This document shows, in pieces, positions 52,382 through 63,002 of a stretch of 64,000 nt of DNA. Under the pieces are notes generated by a model. That model had not been told where the DNA came from, made no database searches, and saw only the letters and a list, made by a program, of their open reading frames with translations. Origin of the DNA: a virus; IMG/VR virus record IMGVR_UViG_3300049912_000012, positions 14,890 through 78,889 of that record, one strand, 5' to 3'. The translations under genes were made by a program, and so were the position numbers. The stretch's first letter is position 1. Each line of letters opens with the position of its first letter.

Positions 52382-52831
52382 CTAAAAATGCCATGAAACA
52401 CCGGTATCAAAGAAAAATTGTTTAACGGCAAAGTCATAATGACCTCCCAGGTTAAGTAACCCGATCTGTCCAGTATTATAAGTTCCATATAACCCAACCC
52501 CAGAACCTGCCTTGTCAATAAGTTGAAGATAAGCTAGGTTAAATCCAAAGTCGTTGAAGGGTACACCCTCGACATTTTTATAATGCAAATACCCGATACC
52601 AAAACAGATAGCATTCAGTGGTGTTACCTCCAGTAACTTAGTTTCAGGATTCTTACCGTAGCTCATAGCATTAAGTCCCACGTTCAAACGTGGAAGCCAT
52701 GAACTGGTAGGATTACCGAGTGCTTTATCCGAGGTGAAATAGTTCTTAGGAACAGGTTTAAATAGTCCCGTTTGTGAATATCCTGCAAATGTTAAACTTG
52801 CAAGGAATAAAATTATAATAAGTTTCTTCAT
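52382..52831 (-). CDS. Secreted beta-barrel-like protein at the end of the lysis cassette
   Basis: Signal peptide ...AGYS-Q; amphipathic strands; C-terminal GVSWHF. Confidence 0.55.
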   Translation of the reverse strand: MKKLIIILFLASLTFAGYSQTGLFKPVPKNYFTSDKALGNPTSSWLPRLNVGLNAMSYGKNPETKLLEVTPLNAICFGIGYLHYKNVEGVPFNDFGFNLAYLQLIDKAGSGVGLYGTYNTGQIGLLNLGGHYDFAVKQFFFDTGVSWHF

Positions 52832-53052
52832 TAGTCCTTAGCCTTAAAAATTAAGATTAGTGCTGCAATGGCTGATATTGCCTGCGGGATAATAGCCAGG
52901 AGTGTTGTTGTCTGTGTCGTCACGCCTTCAGCTTGTTCGGGTGTAAATACACCAAAGGTCACAAGTAAAGTGATGATGAGTGTCACGATACCTGAAATTG
53001 TTGTCACCAAGTTTTTAGTTGGTACGTTTTTGTCATAAACTGCTTTTAACAT
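52831..53052 (-). CDS. Putative holin (2 TM)
   Basis: 73 aa, two hydrophobic helices, charged tail, in the lysis cassette. Confidence 0.55.
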   Translation of the reverse strand: MLKAVYDKNVPTKNLVTTISGIVTLIITLLVTFGVFTPEQAEGVTTQTTTLLAIIPQAISAIAALILIFKAKD

Positions 53053-53063
53053 CTTTTCAATTT

Positions 53064-53885
53064 TTAAGTGAATAATTGTTGGTTAATTATATCTTCCGGC
53101 CCTTCAAGAGTCGGTATTTGATCATATTCCGGGGATGGCAATGATTTCCTCAATTCTGCAAACCATTGTTTATCGGTATAACTCCTATCTAAACATTCCC
53201 ATAGGTAATAACTAAATGCTCCATTAAATTCTCCCCCTAAAAATGCATCGGCAGAAGTCTGGTGTTCAGAACAACCAGAATATACAACCCAATTGATAGG
53301 CTTTAAGAGTTTTATATGAGGAATATTTTTACGAGTTTTAAATTTTTTATATACACGGAATTTGCCCTTGTCTTTATTAGGCATCATATTTAATGCACGG
53401 GTAGCAGATTCTGAAAAGCAAGAGTCAAGAAATACCCTAACCTTTACTCCTAACTTAAAATGATCAAGAAGCCATCCAAACCTATCTCCAGTTAATACAC
53501 CATTATATAAATAAAGACATTCTTCTTTTCCATCTATCTCATCTCCATTAGTATCGGGAATACATGTTCCGTGACCACTATACATGATCACAACATTGTC
53601 ACCAGGTACTGTTTCTGCTGCTGCCTTTAATATTTCAGTTTCAAAATTTTCAACCGTAACTTGCGAGTCTTTTAAAAATCTTTTTTCAAAATCAGGTAAT
53701 TTACCGGATACACGTTTTTGATCATTTAAACAACCTTGCAAATCGTTTGAACTACCTGGATAATTATTAATTGCTGCTAATATTGCAATCTTTTTACGTA
53801 ACCCAGACCCAGGATTCGGAGGTGGAGGATCAGGATGATTCTCTTGAAGATTATTCCACCAATCAATAAGTTTTTTCCAACACAT
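53064..53885 (-). CDS. Caspase-family (C14, metacaspase-like) protease
   Basis: AINNY..LQGCLND, YSGHG, DEIDGKEE, DSCFS, SGC..QTSADA, GAFSYY. Confidence 0.9.
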   Translation of the reverse strand: MCWKKLIDWWNNLQENHPDPPPPNPGSGLRKKIAILAAINNYPGSSNDLQGCLNDQKRVSGKLPDFEKRFLKDSQVTVENFETEILKAAAETVPGDNVVIMYSGHGTCIPDTNGDEIDGKEECLYLYNGVLTGDRFGWLLDHFKLGVKVRVFLDSCFSESATRALNMMPNKDKGKFRVYKKFKTRKNIPHIKLLKPINWVVYSGCSEHQTSADAFLGGEFNGAFSYYLWECLDRSYTDKQWFAELRKSLPSPEYDQIPTLEGPEDIINQQLFT

Positions 53886-53896
53886 AATTTACAAAT

Positions 53897-54361
53897 TTAA
53901 TTAATTATTTCGTAATGACAATAATCTAAGAATGTTTCATCGTCAAGCAATGTGTTTCTATTCCAATCTCCTCCCCATTTTATATCATGTATCATCTTAC
54001 CTTGTTGTTTTAATTGTCTTGCAGTACCAAGTACATATCCTGCAAAAAATTTAATCCTATCTTCATCTTTAAAGTTAACAGGGTAAGGGACAACATCTAC
54101 TGCCTTGGATGGGGAATAGTTATGCATAGATAGGTTGTTTGTGCCATCTTTATATGTTACTACCTTGCTTTTATTTATTATAATCCATTCCCCATTTTCT
54201 AATTTTCTTCCTAATTTATATAGTTCAAATTGAAGTGCAGGATCACGATGACCGTAAAGTATAGTATTATCAAAATATTTAACTACTTCGTTAAATAATG
54301 TAATCAAATCTGCTTCTGCAGTATTTAATTCTTTTTGTGATTTTTGCCCGTATTGTGCCAT
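53897..54361 (-). CDS. Endolysin, M15-type peptidase
   Basis: GHR...Q, SMHN..PSKAVD, WGGDW, DYCHYE. Confidence 0.85.
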   Translation of the reverse strand: MAQYGQKSQKELNTAEADLITLFNEVVKYFDNTILYGHRDPALQFELYKLGRKLENGEWIIINKSKVVTYKDGTNNLSMHNYSPSKAVDVVPYPVNFKDEDRIKFFAGYVLGTARQLKQQGKMIHDIKWGGDWNRNTLLDDETFLDYCHYEIIN

Positions 54362-55125
54362 TATGGTGTTCCGTAACTTAATTTACCCGTTGCAGGATCA
54401 TAGTAAACAACATCTGTTTCTGTTGTTTTTGCAGGTAATAATCCTGTATTGCCGTCAGAAATAGTTATCTCAGCAGCATTAATATTGAATAAAGGAGCTG
54501 CCAAATCTGCAAATGTAGAATAAATTTGGAAAGAAGTATTACTGCCTGAATTTCCAATTATTATAGTTCCATCTCCTTTAGCTAATATTCTTAACCAAAC
54601 ATCTGCTGCGCTTCCTGATGCATAAATATATTGATTAGTAGATGGAGATGATGCATTGCCAAGATATATCTTACTATCTCCATTATCATCAGTTGGAACT
54701 AAATATATGTTTCCTTCTGATTCAATAGAACTATTTTTTATAAATATGTCATCTATATAAACTCCTGCTCCTGATGTAACAGTATAAAGATCACCTATAG
54801 AATCTTCAAGCCATAAGTCGCTCACTGTACCCAATGCATCATACTGTGCCTTGCTCAGATGATAGTACTCTCCTGCCATTCCACTAGATTCTCCACTGCT
54901 GTTGTCTGCAACACTTCCTCCCTCAAGTCCTAAAAGATTATTGTGATAAGCATTAGTTATATTATCAAAATGAACTGACGCTGATCCTGAAGTTTGAAGT
55001 TCTGTCTTGGTGTAATAATTAGAAAGCAACAATGAAAAGTCTGCAGTAGTACTTCCTCCTCCTGAAAATGTACCACTCCCTCTCCCTGTGAGATACGAAC
55101 TTATCTTATAAATTATTAGTGACAT
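54361..55125 (-). CDS. Tail fibre / tip protein
   Basis: NYYTKTEL, HNNLLGLEGG..EYYHL fibre motifs; follows tail protein. Confidence 0.6.
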   Translation of the reverse strand: MSLIIYKISSYLTGRGSGTFSGGGSTTADFSLLLSNYYTKTELQTSGSASVHFDNITNAYHNNLLGLEGGSVADNSSGESSGMAGEYYHLSKAQYDALGTVSDLWLEDSIGDLYTVTSGAGVYIDDIFIKNSSIESEGNIYLVPTDDNGDSKIYLGNASSPSTNQYIYASGSAADVWLRILAKGDGTIIIGNSGSNTSFQIYSTFADLAAPLFNINAAEITISDGNTGLLPAKTTETDVVYYDPATGKLSYGTP

Positions 55126-55128
55126 AAT

Positions 55129-57504
55129 TTATGCCCATATTTTTAATATTACACTTGAATATGCTCCTTTAAGTTCTGTATTTCTTGCTAATACATGGTA
55201 ATAAAAACTCTGGCTTGGAATAGGATTATAATCGAATTGGTCTAAGAATGAAAGTGAAGCACCTTCATAAACAGTTTGCCATGATTCAATCCAATTACCA
55301 AGAATATCATAATAAGGTTTTCTTTGTAAAATATATGCAACAGCACCATCTACTGCATCCCATGAAATGCTAATTTGGTTATTTGGAATATCAATTGTAG
55401 CATCAAGTCCTGTTGGTGTTGCAGGTACTACCCCAGGATCACCTGTATAACTTTCCCCACTACTTGCACCTCCACTGTCTTCTAATGTGTTAATAATTAT
55501 ATCTTCAGCAGTATATTCCTCTGCAACTATATCATAACTCCCATTAAATAAGTCCCAAGTATAACTTTGTAAAAGAAATGTATTATATGTCTGCGAATCT
55601 ATCATTATATTGTCATCAGTCAAAACTGAAAATGGTTTCATATATCCATCATGTAATATCTTGGCTTTTAGTTTATGAATTGTCCTAGCATAGTTACGAA
55701 ATTTATTCGCAGCATAAATATCCATCAATTCATCAGGAGTTGTTATTTTTTCTGATGTCCATAATACCGTTTTACCTATTGCATCATTGCCAAACCCTCC
55801 TAATCCATACATTAAACCATTGGCAAAATTTAAATTATTCAAATCAAAAAATTCAATCTCTTGTTCCTCTGTTTTCACAAAATCTTCATTGATATAATAA
55901 GTAATTTTATTAAGAACTTTCTGTTGTGTAAGAGTTATAGATATATCCCCAAGATAATTTATCTTTGCATAAAAAGCTGGCATTTGAACTCCTTTTAAAT
56001 TTATTTCCATTGGAAGAAAATAAATCATAAATTTTTGACTTGTAGGGAAACCTAGTTGTTCCCATAAACTTGGACCTGGTGCGGGTGATCCTTGTCCTAC
56101 TACATTTATTGATTGTGAATCAGTAAAATTATAACTATTACTAACATTCCATACTTTAACCTTATTTGCATCAATACTTGTATCATATTCAGTTCTAAAT
56201 GTCCAATCATTAACAAATGTAAGAATTTGCTGAATCCCATCCGGCCCCGTTATATATCCTAAATATAAACCATCTAGTGTTCCACCATCAACTCTTATCA
56301 TATAACGACTAACAACAGATTTGATAATTGTAAGATCATCTTCAATAGATACTTTAAAACTAATATCCATTATTATAGGATTCTCAGGGGAAAGATTAAA
56401 TTGAACTTCATATTCATAATATAATCCCATATGACTATAGTTACTTTCATTAGCAGGATATGTCCATTTAACATATGATCCTATTCCCCTGTAATCATAA
56501 TTAGTTTCTAATAATAATATATCTTGATATGCATACCATGTACGCAATTGTAATGTTCCAGGATCAGGTGTTTGGTCACTGACAGTTGACATACTTGTAC
56601 TATAATCATTAAAAACAAAAGTATCATATTGTTTATCTTTAAGATTTACAATTAATTTTTGCAATCCTGATGCATATTCTAAAACTTGGCTTTCATCAGC
56701 ATACTGGAAATCTCCTGCCTGTTTATTGTATTCTTCTTTAAGACTTGGTGTATTACTTGGAGTTTGGTACAAATTGTAAACCACCCATGAACTTGTATTT
56801 TTATCCCTAGTTATATCTTCATGTCTTTCTAAAATCCATTTATCACCACAAGAATAAATAAAACAAGTAAAAGGTTTAAATGCTTTATTAACTGCTGCAT
56901 AAACATCATCATAAGTATTAGGGTCTGAAAAAAACATATTGTTCTCTACATAAGTCTGTTTAACAAATGTATCTGTTAACCCATCATTATTCATCCTTGT
57001 CTCGAAAAGGGTTGAATTTACATATAATTGGTATGCTGCACCAAATCCTACTTTAACTATTAATTCTTGTAATAATGTTAAAAGATCAATATTAGAACCT
57101 ATAAAGAAGTTAGTAGCAAAATGTCCTTCTAATCGTCTTAGGTAATCTGTAAATTGTAGTTTTATCCTTGCTAACTTGTTAAACTGTTGTTCATTCAGAT
57201 CGCATATTGAAAACCCCTGGAATACAGTAACACTATCATATTTTATAACACATTTAAATTGTTTTTCTTGGGTAGTAAGTAAATCTTCTAAAGATATAAA
57301 TTCTCCTTGGTTGATAACTACTATAGAGCATCCTGTACCTATTACCGGTGTATTATTGTCTTGAAAATTAACTTCTATATATACTTCTGTATTACGTAAA
57401 GCAGTGATGCCACCAGAATAATCTTGTTTACTTATCTCTATCTCTACAAGTTTCCCATAGCGATTGTAAAAATTAGACGAATATTTTTGTCCGTAGGCCA
57501 TCAA
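55129..57504 (-). CDS. Tail tip / baseplate hub protein with C-terminal FN3
   Basis: MAYGQKY start, follows TMP; PATPTGL...YYHVLARN FN3. Confidence 0.7.
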   Translation of the reverse strand: MMAYGQKYSSNFYNRYGKLVEIEISKQDYSGGITALRNTEVYIEVNFQDNNTPVIGTGCSIVVINQGEFISLEDLLTTQEKQFKCVIKYDSVTVFQGFSICDLNEQQFNKLARIKLQFTDYLRRLEGHFATNFFIGSNIDLLTLLQELIVKVGFGAAYQLYVNSTLFETRMNNDGLTDTFVKQTYVENNMFFSDPNTYDDVYAAVNKAFKPFTCFIYSCGDKWILERHEDITRDKNTSSWVVYNLYQTPSNTPSLKEEYNKQAGDFQYADESQVLEYASGLQKLIVNLKDKQYDTFVFNDYSTSMSTVSDQTPDPGTLQLRTWYAYQDILLLETNYDYRGIGSYVKWTYPANESNYSHMGLYYEYEVQFNLSPENPIIMDISFKVSIEDDLTIIKSVVSRYMIRVDGGTLDGLYLGYITGPDGIQQILTFVNDWTFRTEYDTSIDANKVKVWNVSNSYNFTDSQSINVVGQGSPAPGPSLWEQLGFPTSQKFMIYFLPMEINLKGVQMPAFYAKINYLGDISITLTQQKVLNKITYYINEDFVKTEEQEIEFFDLNNLNFANGLMYGLGGFGNDAIGKTVLWTSEKITTPDELMDIYAANKFRNYARTIHKLKAKILHDGYMKPFSVLTDDNIMIDSQTYNTFLLQSYTWDLFNGSYDIVAEEYTAEDIIINTLEDSGGASSGESYTGDPGVVPATPTGLDATIDIPNNQISISWDAVDGAVAYILQRKPYYDILGNWIESWQTVYEGASLSFLDQFDYNPIPSQSFYYHVLARNTELKGAYSSVILKIWA

Positions 57505-59930
57505 TAGAGAGATTTACGAACATTAGCCTTTTTTAAGAATCCTGTCATAGTATTCTCTTTAATAACTATCTCTACAGGTTCAAATTCTATCGTCTGTCGT
57601 CCTGCACCTAACATATTGTTAGGATATACTCTTGAACCTCTTGGTAAATTTACAAGTTCTGGTCCACGCTCCCCAACAAGACTTAAACCACCTTTTGCAT
57701 AGTTAGTACCCATCGCATGTGCGCCTCCAAATCCTATACCTCCTGTAAATTTGAATAAATTTTTCCAAATATTTACAGCGAATCCTGATCCTGGGGCAAA
57801 TATATTAGCCAAGGCAAGTAAAACTGCTTTTCCTGCTAATTCTGCAAGTAAAAGTTTTATACTATCTATGAATGCTTGGATCATCCCTTTAAATCCACCT
57901 CCTATATGCTTGAACATATCTTCAAAATTCTGAGATAATTCGTTTATGATAGTATTCTGACTAATAAGACTATTATTATATTGTTCTATTGCTTTTTGTT
58001 GTTCTGCCCAAGAACCTGATTTTCCAAACTCCCCTTTATATAATGTCCCTGATCCACTCATGTCAGCCCCCATGATCTTAAATGCTTTATGAGCAGTAGT
58101 CTCAAAATCTAAACCTTTCAATGCATTCTTTAAAAAATCACTCCATTCTTTACCTTTCATAAGTGAAGAACCAACAGCAAAACTTACTGTTGTTATCGCC
58201 TTTGCTGCATCATCTGCACTCTTAGAAATAAGTCCAAATGCTTTACCTATCTCTTCAAGTACTGTTTTAGCTGTATTCCAATCTTTATATGCAGACTCTT
58301 CTAAAATATCATATTTTCCACCTTTTAACCAAGCATTTAATTTAGTTTCTCCCTTTCTCGCTGCAACATATCCATCATATCTCTTTTTAGCTTCCAATGC
58401 TGTATTCCATGCAGTAGCATAAGCTGCAGAAAGTCCTGTAACAGACATTGACGAGTAATCAGTTTTAGTGAGGTCTTGCATTTTCTTCATCTCACCATTG
58501 ACATCTATCAATACTCCCTTTAATACACTTTGAGAATCAGCAAAATCAGCAGTTCTATTTCTTGCATGAACTAATGCAGCAACTAATGCTACCGCACCTG
58601 CCACTGCGAGTATCCAAGGATTTGCTGCTACTACTGTAAACAGTGTAGTAAATATTCCTGTTACCGTTCCCCCTACACTAATTAGTCCTCTAAGAATCCA
58701 TACAAAAGCACTAACCAATAAAGATAATGGTCCTAACGCTGCAGCAATTCCCGCTATCTTTAATACCATCTTTTTACTTGATTCACTAAGATTATTAAAC
58801 CATTGAGTTAGTTCTCCAAGTTTTTTGATAAGTTTTTCCAAGAAAGGCAATACTGATTCTGCAATAGATTTACCAAGTGAAATCATGGATACTTGTGCTC
58901 CTGATATAGCCTTATCATACCTAACTTTTATAGTATCAGAAACAGCAGCAAAAGCCTTTCCTAATGAACCTGCAGAATTAGTTACACGATTCATTAAATC
59001 AGTATTATATTTAAAATTCTTTCCTGCTAATGACAAATAACCTGTCAATCCACGAATATTAGGAAGAACATCACTAAGAAGTTCATCTCCATATTTCATT
59101 TGAATATCACGAAGTTTTTGCATTAAAGGTATTAATCCTTGACTGCTTAGAATATTTCTTAATTGAGCATATGAAGTACCTACGGAATTAAGTGCCTTCT
59201 CTCCTTTCGTAGATGCTGTAAGTAATGAATTAAACACTCCTTTAAGATATACAGCAGCATTAGCAGAAGATGCTCCTGTAAGTGTAATTGCAGCCATTCC
59301 TCCTGCTACCTCATCGAATCTTACTCCTAATTGAGCAGCAATAGGAATAATCTGTCCCATAGCTGTGGCAAATCCTGAAGCCTCTGCCTTGCCTTCTCTT
59401 ACTGCAGCAACTAATACGTCAGTAGCCTTTTGTGCTGTTAATCCTGTCCCTGCATAAGCATTTAGAGCAGATGTAAGTAGATCAGCAACAGTCTTAGTAT
59501 CTCCCAAGCCAGCAGTAGCAGCCTTGGCTGAGAGAGCAAGTACATTCATTGCTTCCGCTCCCTTAATACCCGAAGATGAGATAAAATACAATGCATCAGC
59601 AAGTTCTTGAGGTGTACGTCCTAATTGTGGACCCATTGCTAATAAATCCTTACTCCATTCATTAACAGTCGTCTGAGCAACACCTGTAAGTCCTACTATT
59701 TTTTGTATCGAATATTCGTAATCTTTAGCAAACTGAAATGTAGCTTTACCTGCCATTACTAAAGGTAATGTTAAAGCAGTAGTAGCAAGATAACCAAATC
59801 TCTGTAATGATGAATTTACCCTTGCTAATGAACTGGTAGTTTTTTTAGCAAAATTATCCATAGCAAGATTTGCTGCTGCTAATTGAGTAGCATCAATACC
59901 GAGGGTAACAGTGAGCGATCCGATGTTCAT
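57501..59930 (-). CDS. Tape measure protein (TP901-type)
   Basis: IGSLTVTLG start, ELADALYFISSSG, Ala-rich helices, C-terminal VGERGPEL. Confidence 0.95.
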   Translation of the reverse strand: MNIGSLTVTLGIDATQLAAANLAMDNFAKKTTSSLARVNSSLQRFGYLATTALTLPLVMAGKATFQFAKDYEYSIQKIVGLTGVAQTTVNEWSKDLLAMGPQLGRTPQELADALYFISSSGIKGAEAMNVLALSAKAATAGLGDTKTVADLLTSALNAYAGTGLTAQKATDVLVAAVREGKAEASGFATAMGQIIPIAAQLGVRFDEVAGGMAAITLTGASSANAAVYLKGVFNSLLTASTKGEKALNSVGTSYAQLRNILSSQGLIPLMQKLRDIQMKYGDELLSDVLPNIRGLTGYLSLAGKNFKYNTDLMNRVTNSAGSLGKAFAAVSDTIKVRYDKAISGAQVSMISLGKSIAESVLPFLEKLIKKLGELTQWFNNLSESSKKMVLKIAGIAAALGPLSLLVSAFVWILRGLISVGGTVTGIFTTLFTVVAANPWILAVAGAVALVAALVHARNRTADFADSQSVLKGVLIDVNGEMKKMQDLTKTDYSSMSVTGLSAAYATAWNTALEAKKRYDGYVAARKGETKLNAWLKGGKYDILEESAYKDWNTAKTVLEEIGKAFGLISKSADDAAKAITTVSFAVGSSLMKGKEWSDFLKNALKGLDFETTAHKAFKIMGADMSGSGTLYKGEFGKSGSWAEQQKAIEQYNNSLISQNTIINELSQNFEDMFKHIGGGFKGMIQAFIDSIKLLLAELAGKAVLLALANIFAPGSGFAVNIWKNLFKFTGGIGFGGAHAMGTNYAKGGLSLVGERGPELVNLPRGSRVYPNNMLGAGRQTIEFEPVEIVIKENTMTGFLKKANVRKSLY

Positions 59931-60762
59931 TACTTCTGTCTCTTAGTTGGCGGTTTACTTACTATCTCTTTCTTCTTTTTTTGTGTTGCTGCAATCCCTT
60001 TAAACAATGCTAATATATCTTCTGGTGTCGAAATCTTCTTGTCATCTATCCTATCTACTGTCCAATCAGGCATGAAGTCTAAGGCTGTTGTCACCTGTGG
60101 TTTCTTGCCCTTCTCTGCATACAATTGGTTGACAATATTCAATATCAAAGACTCTAACTTAGCCCCTCTAAAATCATCTCTCCACGTCCCTATAGGGTCT
60201 ATCCTATCTACTGCTTCCCATTCTGCTAACTGAATAGCATTCAACCCTTTCCTATATTTCCGAATTATAGGTATTCCAAATATCCTATAAACATCATCAT
60301 GACCACTCAATAAAAAGTCAGGATGGATTATTCCTAATTCTCTACAGAGGCGAAACTGGAATTGTCTTCCACCCCTGGCTTTGAGTTTTTTACTATTGCT
60401 TCTTTATCTTCTTCAGTAATAGCATTGAGCTTTTGAGATATATTGATTATCTTTTCAAGTCTTTTAGCACTCATATTATTACTAAGGACTGCATAGTCGT
60501 TAGCACTTAGTAAAGACTTCCCTTCTTCATCACAAAGAGTAATAGCTGCCAACTTAGAACGAAAGTCATCCATAACAGTCTCTACACTCAGTACATTGCC
60601 TTTGCCGTCCCTATTCTTTCTGAGCATGGATTGTTCAAACATATCTCTCTCATGCCCTGTCATCTGTCTTACATAGACATAGTCACCATTGTCAAACTCT
60701 ACCTTTTCAATCTCTAACTTCTCTTTCTGTAAGAGAAGGTCTTTGGTTAATAAATTTCCCAT
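59930..60762 (-). CDS. Tail assembly chaperone G (60334..60762) and frameshifted GT extension to 59930
   Basis: Slippery A AAA AAC at 60391-60385; the -1 frame is open (KLKARGGRQFQFRLCRELGIIHPDFLL...) into ORF 59930..60310. Confidence 0.85.
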
Positions 60763-60819
60763 CTTTTAATTAATTTGGTTATTAATAAAGAAAAATAATA
60801 CTTGGTTAGCATTCAAAAA

Positions 60820-61248
60820 TTAAACTCCTGTACTTCCACCTGAACTGATGATAACCTGGCCTGTGATCTTTATTGTACAATCAACAGATATTTTGTCATC
60901 AGTAGGTATAGTGACAGGAATTTCAGTAACCAGGCCTTCAAACTCTATTGCAGAGTTTTCCACGTCTGATAGGATAATCTGGTAATTCTGTAATGTAGGA
61001 CTCTCGAAGTCTAACTTTAGAGCATCATACGAATCTCTTGTAAAGTTCATATTCATTGAAATTGTCCCCGCATCACGAAACCCTGTGATGAATTCACGAT
61101 AACCTCCTGTCGAATCGAGAGATGTCACATCAATGAAATCCCTTGTCATCGTTGGACCGGTTATCGAAGTAACTTCAGCAAGGTTGACCCAAGCACTGCC
61201 TGACCACCTCTGAAATCTTGTTCCTACTCCTGCTACTGCAAGACTCAT
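60820..61248 (-). CDS. Major tail tube protein
   Basis: IDVTSLDSTGGYREFITGFRDAG motif. Confidence 0.9.
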   Translation of the reverse strand: MSLAVAGVGTRFQRWSGSAWVNLAEVTSITGPTMTRDFIDVTSLDSTGGYREFITGFRDAGTISMNMNFTRDSYDALKLDFESPTLQNYQIILSDVENSAIEFEGLVTEIPVTIPTDDKISVDCTIKITGQVIISSGGSTGV

Positions 61249-61267
61249 GTTTCTACCTCCTTCTTAA

Positions 61268-61687
61268 TTAAACTCGCCTTTGCAAGTTAAAATTTACAAC
61301 TAATCTACAATTACCATTATCATCCCAATCCAACATTGCGGGGGCAATGGAACAGTAGATAATGGTATAAAGTGTCCCATTCCACGTCTCACCATGACGA
61401 CCATGTAACGAGTCCTTTATTTCTTCTATTAAAGCCCATGCTGTACGATAATCCCTATTTCTTACTCTTACCTGTACTGATGGGTATTCATATCCTGTCT
61501 CTCCTGCAAGTCCAAGCCAAGGGGGAAACCCAGGAGTATCAAATATTGTAACTACATTGTCAGGTTTTGCAGGTTCTTTAAAGCAAAACAAGTCTGTCCC
61601 TATTACCATAGCACCTACTCCTCCAATCCCTGAAGAATCACCTGCTGCTACAAGCATGTCTGCAATATCTTCTGCTGGGCTATTCAT
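61268..61687 (-). CDS. Tail terminator / completion protein
   Basis: YPSVQVRVR, WDDNGN..VVNF; directly upstream of the tail tube gene. Confidence 0.7.
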   Translation of the reverse strand: MNSPAEDIADMLVAAGDSSGIGGVGAMVIGTDLFCFKEPAKPDNVVTIFDTPGFPPWLGLAGETGYEYPSVQVRVRNRDYRTAWALIEEIKDSLHGRHGETWNGTLYTIIYCSIAPAMLDWDDNGNCRLVVNFNLQRRV

Positions 61688-62244
61688 TTCTTCATCTTAG
61701 ATGTTTCTGCCACGATCTGAAATATCTTTGTCTTATTAGCATATACATGTGACTGGAACCATTTAGCATTAGACCCTGCCCTACTCCATGATATACTAGG
61801 GTTTACAAACTCATGTACATATCCTGCATAGTTGGCACTGTATCCCATCATCATGAATTTTCTAGTAGGAGTATTCATACCTGCCAATGTTCCTTTTGCT
61901 TCTGTTACTGCCCTACTATGATTAGATGCTAAATCCTTATCTGCTATTCTCTTTGTTCCTTTAGGAGATTTTCTAAAACCCTTATTCCATTGATCATTTG
62001 CTTCTTTCTTTGTTGCTGTTGTTATAAACCAACTTGATCTTAAGTTGCCTAAATCTACAGGAGTTAAAGGAGGAGTTTTTTCTGTTTCGTTCCTAATATA
62101 TATAGCAGCATTAATCAATCCTTTCATTGATGCATTCTGAATATTACTAATCTCTTTGTTGAGATTAGACATGATGACTTTAAGTTCTTGCTGATACTTA
62201 GTTCCACCACTACCTCCAGGTTGTCCTGGCATTGGAATTGCCAT
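61684..62244 (-). CDS. HK97 gp10-like neck protein
   Basis: TPVDLGNLRSS and YAGYVHE motifs. Confidence 0.8.
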   Translation of the reverse strand: MAIPMPGQPGGSGGTKYQQELKVIMSNLNKEISNIQNASMKGLINAAIYIRNETEKTPPLTPVDLGNLRSSWFITTATKKEANDQWNKGFRKSPKGTKRIADKDLASNHSRAVTEAKGTLAGMNTPTRKFMMMGYSANYAGYVHEFVNPSISWSRAGSNAKWFQSHVYANKTKIFQIVAETSKMKK

Positions 62245-62247
62245 AAT

Positions 62248-62628
62248 CTACGTCAATAAAGGTGTTAACCAAACTTTCCTTACAAACTCTGTTGTACTCC
62301 CAAGCGAAGGTGACTTCTCAAATTTTTTAATTACATATGCTCCATCAACAGATATAGGATCACCTTCTTCTGCACTACTCAAATCTGTCAACTCTCCTAA
62401 AAACATCATCCCTTCTATATCTACATCTTGTAAAACATAAACTATTGCTCTTGAAGAAATCTCACTACCATCATCTAACCTTATCAATTGCACCTTATCC
62501 TCCCATCTGCATAAAATCTCAATAGGATCAGTAAAATCCTTTCCCCCATAACCATCATTAACAGGTGATCCCCAATAAATGCAAGTTTGTTTGCACGTCC
62601 TATTTAACATTGCAGATATTCCCATCAC
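62248..62628 (-). CDS. Head closure / head-tail joining protein
   Basis: QTCIYW..DGYG..PIEILCRWED motif and synteny. Confidence 0.7.
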   Translation of the reverse strand: MMGISAMLNRTCKQTCIYWGSPVNDGYGGKDFTDPIEILCRWEDKVQLIRLDDGSEISSRAIVYVLQDVDIEGMMFLGELTDLSSAEEGDPISVDGAYVIKKFEKSPSLGSTTEFVRKVWLTPLLT

Positions 62629-63002
62629 TCATCGAACTCGTTTACAGCATATATTGAAGCTGCCATTTTTCCTGTATTTGCCATAAGACCTGTTACATCA
62701 ATTGTCAATACCATCTGTCCATAAGGAGTAGATTTCAACCCTTCTTCCCACTTGCCTGTAAACACAAGTGATGCATCTCCTAACTTTTCTTCACTTGTAG
62801 TCCGAAAGACAGTGCTAGCAATCATATGTGCAGCAAACCATCTTTCTATTTCCTTTAACAATGCAGTAGTTATAGATGTATCATTAGCAAATACTTTGGA
62901 AACAATTTCTGTAGCTCCCCCAATAAAAGGAGATATTGCTATATCTGTTAATGTACAATTATCCATTATTTCCCTAACCTCTGCTGCTGTAACTCTAGCC
63001 AT
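62625..63002 (-). CDS. Head-tail connector protein
   Basis: IERWFAAH, LKSTPYGQ..LTIDVTG motifs. Confidence 0.7.
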   Translation of the reverse strand: MARVTAAEVREIMDNCTLTDIAISPFIGGATEIVSKVFANDTSITTALLKEIERWFAAHMIASTVFRTTSEEKLGDASLVFTGKWEEGLKSTPYGQMVLTIDVTGLMANTGKMAASIYAVNEFDE

